Source: a virus
Length of the DNA stretch: 64,000 nucleotides
Virus record (IMG/VR): IMGVR_UViG_3300045740_000123
Location: 1 to 64,000 of that record
Strand: one strand, 5' to 3'
Of the stretch, positions 57,598 through 64,000 are shown in pieces. A program made the translations under genes and the position numbers. How positions within the stretch are numbered: the stretch's first letter is position 1; each line of letters starts with the position of its first letter. Under the pieces are notes generated by a model. The model had not been told where the DNA came from. It did not search any database and worked only from the letters and a program-made list of their open reading frames with translations.

Positions 57598-57631
57598 CAT
57601 CCGTCTCGATCAGAGGCGGATGTTTTTGTTT
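57598..57631 (+). terminator. rho-independent terminator
   Basis: CATCCGTCTC-GATCA-GAGGCGGATG then T-run. Confidence 0.7.
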
Positions 57632-57670
57632 GTCTATACAAAGTAGAATAATAAAAACGAATTAATAGAC

Positions 57671-58990
57671 ATGCCTGTATATAGAGACCCTACAGATAAA
57701 AACCTGTATCACGTCCATAAGGTACAGACTTGTAGTGGTCGGCCGTTAGAAGTAACGACGGCAAGTGGCAACATTGTTCAGGTAACAACTGCTGGCACAA
57801 CTGCAGGTGATGCTTTTGGTCGTACTCGTGTATCCGAACCATTAACGCTCTTTGATTCCAGCCATCGTTATAGCGATAATGGACTGTGGGCAACTGCGAC
57901 AGGTGTTGGATCTGACGCAACGTTTAATGCTAACGCTGGCCTTGTTGAATTAAATGTACCAACAACATCTGGTGGTTACGTTAAGCGTGAAACCAAAAAG
58001 GTTTTTGCGTATCAGCCAGGGAAATCCTTGTTGGTCCTTTCGACTTTTACATTGAGTCCTGCTAAGACTAACCTGCGTCAGCGGGTTGGTTATTTTAATG
58101 ATGACAATGGACTTTATATTCAATTAAATAATTCGACCCTTGGTTTTGTTGAGCGTAATTCCGTAACTGGAACCCTAGAAGAAACAGTTGTTAATCAAGC
58201 CGATTGGAATATAGACAAGCTGGATGGCACCGGACCATCCGGTATAACACTTGATATCACCAAGGCTCAAATCTTTTGGATGGATATTGAATGGTTAGGA
58301 CTTGGAACAGTGCGTCTTGGTTTTGTGATCAATGGCGTATTTATTCATTGCCACTCTTTCCACCATGCAAACTTAATTACGAGTACCTATATCACCACGG
58401 CATGCCTACCGTTGCGGTATGAGATCGAAAACCTTGATACAACCTCAAGCAACAGCACATTAAAACAAGTATGTTCCACCGTTATTTCAGAGGGTGGATA
58501 CGAGTTGCGGGGTCGGCAAAATGCTATCGGAACCCCAATTAATTCACCACGAACCTTGACTTCTACTGAAGTTGTTTATCCAATTGCTTCCATCCGACTT
58601 AAAACAAGCCCTGACCGTCTTGATGCAATTGTCATTCCGACTGCCGCAAGCATACTTGGTTCTGGTAACAATGCATACTTTGAATGGCGCCTGCAAAGCC
58701 ATGCCACAACATCGGGTGGTACTTGGACCAGTGCAGGGGCCGATTCTTCTGTTGAGTACAACCTCAGCGGAGTTAGTACCAGTGGAGGAACTACCCTTGC
58801 TAAAGGTTACATCTCGTCCACAACACAAAGCAATAACTCCATCAATATCTTGAAAGCTGCTCTGTTTCAATTCCAGCTGCAGCGCAATGGGCTGATTGGT
58901 ACTCCAGAAGAATTCAGTCTTTTGGTTCAAACTGCAGACGCTAATAGTCAAGTATATGCATCAATTGACTGGGAAGAAATTTCTCTTTGA
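57671..58990 (+). CDS. putative virion-associated protein
   Basis: 439 aa, DAFGRTRVSEP.TLFDS, YQPGKS, WLGLG.VR.GF; Thr/Ser-rich. Confidence 0.6.
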   Translation: MPVYRDPTDKNLYHVHKVQTCSGRPLEVTTASGNIVQVTTAGTTAGDAFGRTRVSEPLTLFDSSHRYSDNGLWATATGVGSDATFNANAGLVELNVPTTSGGYVKRETKKVFAYQPGKSLLVLSTFTLSPAKTNLRQRVGYFNDDNGLYIQLNNSTLGFVERNSVTGTLEETVVNQADWNIDKLDGTGPSGITLDITKAQIFWMDIEWLGLGTVRLGFVINGVFIHCHSFHHANLITSTYITTACLPLRYEIENLDTTSSNSTLKQVCSTVISEGGYELRGRQNAIGTPINSPRTLTSTEVVYPIASIRLKTSPDRLDAIVIPTAASILGSGNNAYFEWRLQSHATTSGGTWTSAGADSSVEYNLSGVSTSGGTTLAKGYISSTTQSNNSINILKAALFQFQLQRNGLIGTPEEFSLLVQTADANSQVYASIDWEEISL

Positions 58991-59016
58991 TAGACTGGTA
59001 CCACTGATTAAAAGCT

Positions 59017-59568
59017 ATGTATACTCCTGGTCCTCAAGTGGTTCCTGCGCCTGAAGCAGCGCCAATGCAGCCTGTTCCAGAACCTCAGGCAAAGCCAAAA
59101 GGCCCTGCCCGTTCAAAGAATGGTGATGTCGGGGCCTTTATCCAGCAGTGCATCTCCTTGGCTTCTTACCTCAAGGAACTTCAGACACAAGCCCATCTTA
59201 TTCACCTGAACTACGAGGGGTCGAACTTCCTCGGGGTGCATGCTTTCCTTGGAGATCAGTACGAGGCTCATCAGACTCAATTTGATACGTTGTCGGAATT
59301 CATCAGGTCTATGGATTACCTGATGCCTATGTGTGCCAGGGGTCTAGCCGATGCTGGTCCTGGCATCCAGCACGTTACCAGCTACAAGGGAAGCGATCAG
59401 CTCACCACGTACTACAAAAACCTGGAAGAGCTGGGCATGAAGACCAAGAAGCTGGAGCCTATTGCTGCCAAGGTGGGTGCTATTGATATCCAGAACTACA
59501 TGGCTGAGCTGTGTGGTCAAGCCTTTAAGGCTGCTTGGCAAATCAAAGCTACACTTAGGACTTCTTAA
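59017..59568 (+). CDS. Dps/ferritin-like protein
   Basis: HLIHLNYEGSNFL.VH.FL..QYE.....FD.LSE.IRS, KAAW.IKA. Confidence 0.8.
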   Translation: MYTPGPQVVPAPEAAPMQPVPEPQAKPKGPARSKNGDVGAFIQQCISLASYLKELQTQAHLIHLNYEGSNFLGVHAFLGDQYEAHQTQFDTLSEFIRSMDYLMPMCARGLADAGPGIQHVTSYKGSDQLTTYYKNLEELGMKTKKLEPIAAKVGAIDIQNYMAELCGQAFKAAWQIKATLRTS

Positions 59569-60013
59569 ATTTTTGCCCTGGAATAACTGGTTGCATTACT
59601 GCGTCGTAATGTGACCAACCAAGTTTTAATCGTCGTTCAATAGTCTGACGTTTAAGGCCTATTTCTAGCGCCCATTCTTTAACTGTTTGGCATTTGCCAT
59701 CAATGGTTATATAAATACACATTGAACGATTTCTGTTTTGTTCAATGCGTGTTGCCCATTTGCAATTATCTGGAGAATAACCTTTGCTTAAATTAATGCG
59801 TTCAATAGAGTATTCTTTACCAGGTCGTTCTCCCATGTCCATTAAAAAGTTTTCAAAACTATTCCATCTATCACAAACTTTAATTCCTTTTGCACCATAT
59901 CTTTCGTAGGCTTTTGTATTTGGATTATTACATCTTGAGCGCATATTATGCCAAGTAGAATGAGTCAAAGAACGAATACCGTTTGTCGAATGGCCATGTC
60001 GTTGAGCGCTCAT
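59555..60013 (-). CDS. HNH-like homing endonuclease
   Basis: W.NMRSRC.NP....Y.RYG.KGI.VC.RW..FENF..DMG.RP...SIERI....GYSP.NC.WAT...Q.RN. Confidence 0.8.
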   Translation of the reverse strand: MSAQRHGHSTNGIRSLTHSTWHNMRSRCNNPNTKAYERYGAKGIKVCDRWNSFENFLMDMGERPGKEYSIERINLSKGYSPDNCKWATRIEQNRNRSMCIYITIDGKCQTVKEWALEIGLKRQTIERRLKLGWSHYDAVMQPVIPGQKFKKS

Positions 60014-60043
60014 TGCCAAGGTTGCGGAAGTAACCAGTCTAAC

Positions 60044-60067
60044 AAAGCCACGTTGCGCAATGGCTGA
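60044..60067 (+). pseudogene. displaced 3' end of Dps-like gene
   Basis: AAA GCC ACG TTG CGC AAT GGC TGA = KATLRNG*, versus KATLRTS* in gene; TGA overlaps next ATG. Confidence 0.7.
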
Positions 60068-60927
60068 TGCCAAACATCTTTCAAAACTTTCTTAACCAAG
60101 TAACTTCTGGTTATCGCCAAGCAGATAAACAGTTGGGTGGATGGTTGCCAGGGGGTGGCACTGCTTCTCCTGTGACGCGTATAGTATTCCCTCCTCAAAG
60201 CTTTCCTGCCAGAAGCAAAGAGCTTCAACAAATGACAGGCGTCAAAGGACGTTTTGTAGATATTGATAAAACCCCGACAATTACGCGACAAATTGCACAA
60301 ACAGTGGCTCCACTGTGGGGATCGCAGCCCTATGCAAACCCTTTGATTGGCGAGGTTGGCGCCCCCGGTTATAGGGGAGGAGCAACACCAAGAGAAAGAC
60401 ACTTAGAAATTCATGAGCTTGGTCATTTAAATCCAGCCGATAAAGGCATCTATAGTTATTTAGGCGTAGCTGGAAGATACTTGCAAGGACTTAGCAACAG
60501 CACTGGTAACTTACCTGTTGTTGATCTTTTGGCTGGTAAACTAATGAAACATTTTGATGCACAGGAGGAAGACCGTGCAGAACGTTTTGCAGCTCGTTTT
60601 GCAACCCAAGGAAATTATCCTGCTCCTCAAATAAACCCTGAAGGAACCTCTGCCTATGGAGATCGGCTAAGAAAAGAAGGTAGTGAGATGAGCGAAAATG
60701 CTGTTAGTAGAATGCTTAATCCTTGGGGAATCCCTGAAAAAATAACCGGGCTTGTAAATCAACAACGGGCATCTATTCTACAAAATGAATTATCACGCTC
60801 ACTTCCTATTTATCGGGAACGTTTTGGAGGGGAAACCGAGCTTTCTCCAGAAAATTTAAAAGAAACAGAACGTCTTAACAATTTGGCAAAGCAAATAGAA
60901 GCTTTAGGAATTCAACCAAGGTACTAA
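60067..60927 (+). CDS. hypothetical protein with HExxH motif
   Basis: EIHELGH...EEDRAERFA. Confidence 0.55.
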   Translation: MPNIFQNFLNQVTSGYRQADKQLGGWLPGGGTASPVTRIVFPPQSFPARSKELQQMTGVKGRFVDIDKTPTITRQIAQTVAPLWGSQPYANPLIGEVGAPGYRGGATPRERHLEIHELGHLNPADKGIYSYLGVAGRYLQGLSNSTGNLPVVDLLAGKLMKHFDAQEEDRAERFAARFATQGNYPAPQINPEGTSAYGDRLRKEGSEMSENAVSRMLNPWGIPEKITGLVNQQRASILQNELSRSLPIYRERFGGETELSPENLKETERLNNLAKQIEALGIQPRY

Positions 60928-61181
60928 GTTACTGACCAGTGCTCAAGCCTGTGGCAATTGCAGCATAACGGGATGCACTTGCTGATCTCTTCTTCTACTC
61001 GGCCCCAGCCGTAGCCATGGTTCACCATGTCAGATATGTTGTTATCCTTGTCTCCAATGTGGTGAAACTCTAAGACACGGTGATCATCCAACCCACACTT
61101 CTTGCACTGCAGAGTCTTCTTGTACTCCAGAAGCTTCTGTCGATTCTTGTTGATACGTTCCTTGGATTGACTCCAGGGCAT
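60924..61181 (-). CDS. small HNH-like protein
   Basis: CKKCG.....LEFHH...EEISKCIPLCCNCHR..H. Confidence 0.8.
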   Translation of the reverse strand: MPWSQSKERINKNRQKLLEYKKTLQCKKCGLDDHRVLEFHHIGDKDNNISDMVNHGYGWGRVEEEISKCIPLCCNCHRLEHWSVT

Positions 61182-61233
61182 TCATAGCTTTATTGGTGTA
61201 ATTAATATAACGCTTTTATTGGAATTGTTGATA

Positions 61234-61270
61234 TCGGAGATGCAGGATTCGAACCTGCGACCCTCTGCTC
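61234..61270 (-). pseudogene. 3' half of interrupted tRNA (Pro-type acceptor)
   Basis: GAGCAGA-GGGTC-GCAGG-TTCGAAT-CCTGC-ATCTCCG-A. Confidence 0.88.
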
Positions 61271-61662
61271 TATTTAGCTTTTTGTTTCTTCACCTCTCTT
61301 TGCTTTTTACCCGCCTGGCTTTTTGCTGTTTTGCACAAATCACACCGACATCCATATTTGGAATACGACCAAACTGTCCCATGTGTTTGTCGTTTTTCGT
61401 TGGTCCAGCCTTTACCATAACTTCCTTCTTCTAAAGTCTTAATGTGATGACAGGGTTTGCAAAGTAACTGACACTTTTTAAGTTCTGTTTCTAATGTATC
61501 CCAATGGGTTGACCACTTGCAGCTAATATCAAAACTTTTAGAAGTGTGATCTATGTGGTCAATATGCAACAAATCAGAACAGCCGCATTTAATGCAAACA
61601 CCCCCAAGAAAATCAATCATCTCTTGGCGACGTTTTTTGTAATCAGAAATTTTTGAAACCAT
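61270..61662 (-). CDS. HNH endonuclease inside tRNA
   Basis: LGGVCIKCG....LHIDHID...ELKKCQLLCKPCH..KT; HGT...Y..YGCRC..C; ATG 61662. Confidence 0.88.
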   Translation of the reverse strand: MVSKISDYKKRRQEMIDFLGGVCIKCGCSDLLHIDHIDHTSKSFDISCKWSTHWDTLETELKKCQLLCKPCHHIKTLEEGSYGKGWTNEKRQTHGTVWSYSKYGCRCDLCKTAKSQAGKKQREVKKQKAK

Positions 61663-61667
61663 AAAAA

Positions 61668-61738
61668 TCGGGGTGGAAGGTACTGCCCCTTCTCCTCCGC
61701 CTCCCAAAGACGGCGTGATACTTTTCTACTACACCCCG
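61668..61738 (-). tRNA. trnP: atypical tRNA-Pro(UGG)
   Basis: CGGGGTG/CACCCCG acceptor plus A, CCGTC-TTTGGGA-GGCGG anticodon arm, GAAGG-GGCAGTA-CCTTC non-canonical T arm, weak D arm. Confidence 0.75.
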
Positions 61739-61755
61739 AGGGGTCCGATCAATTT

Positions 61756-61788
61756 AGCAGATGCGCTACCAAACTGCGCTAATCCCCG
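61756..61788 (-). pseudogene. 5' half of interrupted tRNA (Pro-type)
   Basis: CGGGGAT-TA-GCGC-AGTTTGGTA-GCGC-A-TCTGC-T; pairs with 3' half at 61234-61270. Confidence 0.88.
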
Positions 61789-61912
61789 GTGTTAGGGCGA
61801 GAGTGTCTGCCTACGATGATCTACGATGCAGCCGAGGGGACTCTTCGTTTAATACGACGTTCCTTGTCGTACCCTTTGCAGCCCCATCGGAAAGAGAGGG
61901 GGTACTTATTTA

Positions 61913-62461
61913 TTATACAGATTCATTGGGTGTTTTCCAGAAATAATCATCGCATTCTCCAAGCCGACCCCACTTCTCTTCCCGATAATCAATATCTTTA
62001 GTTAAAAAATCAATAGCGTTTTTCAATATTTGGATATTGTCTTTGGCGTGGCCAAGCATTGTATTGCATCTATGGCATAAAAGCCCTCTAACCTTGCCTG
62101 TTTCATGGCAATGATCTACACAAAATGTTTTCTTTGGAGCGGGACTGTTTGTTTTGCATATGGCGCAACAACCTTTTTGAATTTCCAGAATTTGTTTGTA
62201 TCTACCCCTAGGTAAACCATAGGAACGCAAACGATCAAGATCATTAGCGTGTTCTAAATTGTTTTGGCGCCATCGATTGTAATTTTCTTGATGGCGCTTT
62301 TTGTTTTTTCTTGACCATTCCCGGCTGTACTCGTTTGTACAAACACGGCACCAAGTATTTAAACCATCTTTGTTTTTCTTTGCTTTGTTAAAAGCATCCT
62401 TGGATTTAATCTCTAGGCATTTGGTGCATTTTTTCGTTGGGAGTTTGCCAGAAATAGTCAT
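61913..62461 (-). CDS. endonuclease VII-type homing endonuclease fused to displaced C-terminus of upstream gene
   Basis: CTKC..CRVC; YGL....Y...L..Q.GCCAIC....VDHCHETGKVRGLLC.RCN..LG; ends KWGRLGECDDYFWKTPNESV. Confidence 0.9.
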   Translation of the reverse strand: MTISGKLPTKKCTKCLEIKSKDAFNKAKKNKDGLNTWCRVCTNEYSREWSRKNKKRHQENYNRWRQNNLEHANDLDRLRSYGLPRGRYKQILEIQKGCCAICKTNSPAPKKTFCVDHCHETGKVRGLLCHRCNTMLGHAKDNIQILKNAIDFLTKDIDYREEKWGRLGECDDYFWKTPNESV

Positions 62462-63095
62462 CGCACTCGCCTAGGCGCCCCCATTTTAACGCTTTTTCAG
62501 AGTCAAAGTATCGAGTCGATACCTTAAAGTCTGGTGTCTTTAGATCGTGGTTGGTGAGCGATGGATCAACCATTCGACAACGATTGTTGGGATAAGCGCC
62601 AATTTGACCGTTGTCCAAAGCCACAATGTTGTGGGACTTATGCTCGTCAGGAAATTCCGCAAAGTAAAAATCCGGTTCGTTCCTATGAGGATGATAATTG
62701 TCAACCGTAAATAGGTATGTGCCTTTCATTACACCTGCACTACGTGTCATAACTTGAAACTCCATATTGAAGATCAAGTTCTTTTCGACAACCGTAAGAC
62801 CATGATCAAATCCATTCCAGAACTGCAGGTCAGTTAGCTCTAGGTCAGGAGTGGGTGCTTGAGGTTTGTCCGGATAATCTGGATCCCATGCCAGGAATGC
62901 ACTGATGGGAAGCTTGTCGTAAAGGGCTCCGTACTCAGTAAGATAAGTCTCAAACTGAAGTGCTCTACCAGTTAAAGATTTACAACTTACCCAATAACCA
63001 GGCGTATATTCACCATGACCGTCTCTTAGGTCACGTAAGTATTCACGCCTTACCCAAACCTTGACGGGCGGGACATTGGCCACAAGAGTTGTCAC
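62406..63095 (-). CDS. conserved hypothetical phage protein
   Basis: 229 aa; LVANVPP..VWVRREYL.D...GHGE, EHKSHN..ALDNGQ..AYPNNR. Confidence 0.7.
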   Translation of the reverse strand: MTTLVANVPPVKVWVRREYLRDLRDGHGEYTPGYWVSCKSLTGRALQFETYLTEYGALYDKLPISAFLAWDPDYPDKPQAPTPDLELTDLQFWNGFDHGLTVVEKNLIFNMEFQVMTRSAGVMKGTYLFTVDNYHPHRNEPDFYFAEFPDEHKSHNIVALDNGQIGAYPNNRCRMVDPSLTNHDLKTPDFKVSTRYFDSEKALKWGRLGECDDYFWQTPNEKMHQMPRD

Positions 63096-63221
63096 AAAAA
63101 ATCCCGGTGTATCATGCCGGGATCATAGCTTCCTTCCACGCTCTTGTGAGCACCACGTTCGTAACGTGGAGGGGTTTTCGACTATTACCCCTAGAGCGGT
63201 ATTGCTCCGCCTGTCAGCATA

Positions 63222-63428
63222 TCAGGATTTACTTCTTTGATAACGCCTTGCTGCGCGTCCAGCAAGTTTTGCTTTTCTGGTGTTTGGTACAAATTGTTTG
63301 CCTTCGCGGCTAGCCTCGCGTTTCTTTTGGTCAGTCTCTTGCCGTTCTTCTTTAGATAATGAGGCCCAGGCAGACTCAGGTAGATAACGTTTGGTGTATC
63401 CCTTTTGAATTGCTTTATCTGCCATCAT
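63222..63428 (-). CDS. small basic protein
   Basis: TKRYLPESAWASLS.EER.ETDQKKR...GKQFV.NT. Confidence 0.7.
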   Translation of the reverse strand: MMADKAIQKGYTKRYLPESAWASLSKEERQETDQKKREASREGKQFVPNTRKAKLAGRAARRYQRSKS

Positions 63429-63736
63429 TTACTATCCTTGTATTTCTTTGCAGCTTCTTTAGCTTTACCGCGCTTTTCATACTCATCTTTCGTCATCCAT
63501 TTCTCCTTGCCCCACTTCTCCAGGGACTTCTGCTTCTCACCTTTACCTCCTTTGTATCCACCGCCTGCACTCTTGTATTCCTGTGCCACAAGCTGAGCTT
63601 TTCTAGCCGAAATAATTAGTTAGCCTTACGGCTACGACCATTCTCCTGGTTTACCGCCACGGCCTTCACGCATAACTTTGTTTTTGATGCGCTCACGCAG
63701 GTCTGGTTTTGTGTACTTGCTTTTATCTTCAGCCAT
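63425..63736 (-). CDS. small basic protein (DUF5872-like) interrupted by 27-nt stop-containing insert; candidate translational bypass
   Basis: MAEDKSKYTKPDLRERIK...GGKPGEWS | ARKAQLVAQEYKSAGGGYKG...; not in ORF track because of internal stops. Confidence 0.8.
63608..63637 (-). other. putative ribosomal bypass (hop) element
   Basis: TCG TAG CCG TAA GGC TAA CTA ATT ATT TCG: matched codons, stop in TAGCC-GTAA-GGCTA hairpin. Confidence 0.7.
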
Positions 63737-64000
63737 AACTTCCTCGCTCTTTAAGATAAGTGACTGCGTTTGTCAATACATCTATATTATCACCAAATAA
63801 ACCTAAGGCTCTATTGCACTCTTTGCATAATAAACCTCTGAACTCATTGGTTTGATGATTATGGTCCATGGCTAAAGATTGTTTATCCTTGGGAGGCTCT
63901 TGGCAAATTGCGCATAAACCTTCCTGGGACTCAAACACAATGTCGTATTGCTCTTTTGTTATCCCTCTGCGTTCGTATTTTTTGTGATTATGATGCAATA
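63729..64000 (-). CDS. endonuclease VII-type homing endonuclease (5' part outside window)
   Basis: GITKEQY.....Q.GLCAIC.....LAMDHNH.T.EFRGLLCKECNRALG. Confidence 0.85.
   Translation of the reverse strand, partial: LHHNHKKYERRGITKEQYDIVFESQEGLCAICQEPPKDKQSLAMDHNHQTNEFRGLLCKECNRALGLFGDNIDVLTNAVTYLKERGSYG

Noticed and set aside
61663-61707. N-terminal extension of the HNH given in the ORF track
   Set aside because: It overlaps the tRNA-Pro; ATG at 61662 is the plausible start.
61271-61755. Group I intron in the tRNA anticodon loop
   Set aside because: No P/Q/R/S core, the space is filled by a tRNA and an ORF, and joining the halves does not restore an anticodon.
61860-61890. GGGGCTGCAAAGGGTACGAC resembles a tmRNA 5' end
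   Set aside because: No matching T-arm/acceptor 3' end or tag reading frame found nearby.
63608-63634. Simple stop-codon readthrough or genetic code reassignment
   Set aside because: Three in-frame stops of two types in 27 nt, and TAG/TAA end genes normally elsewhere in the window.

Overview
A 64-kb segment of a large tailed dsDNA phage, very probably a lytic phage of picocyanobacteria (DUF4278-like ORF with an NtcA-type box, T7-like DNA polymerase A, thyX). No photosynthesis or integrase genes are seen. From ~2.7 to 30.6 kb the minus strand carries a lysis/virion module: lysozyme, transglycosylase, M23-like peptidase, major capsid, scaffold, portal, terminase and many low-complexity putative core proteins. 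After a divergent switch at ~30.6-31.3 kb the plus strand carries early, host-takeover and replication genes. The dominant theme is invasion by homing-type nucleases (about nine HNH/EndoVII ORFs), with several distinct ways of keeping the invaded gene functional. (1) A group I intron with an antisense HNH splits the major capsid gene after codon 4. (2) A 27-nt stop-rich insert near 63.6 kb has T4 gene 60-like translational bypass architecture. (3) A tRNA-Pro is split at its anticodon loop by a cassette of HNH plus a divergent replacement tRNA-Pro. (4) A tRNA-Leu is rebuilt with a duplicated 5' half. (5) Three protein genes (thyX, Dps-like, a conserved hypothetical) carry recoded replacement 3' ends, with the displaced ends stranded downstream. 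The early region also has repeated covarying leader pseudoknots and cassette-like small-gene arrays. All family assignments come from motifs recognised by eye; no searches were run.
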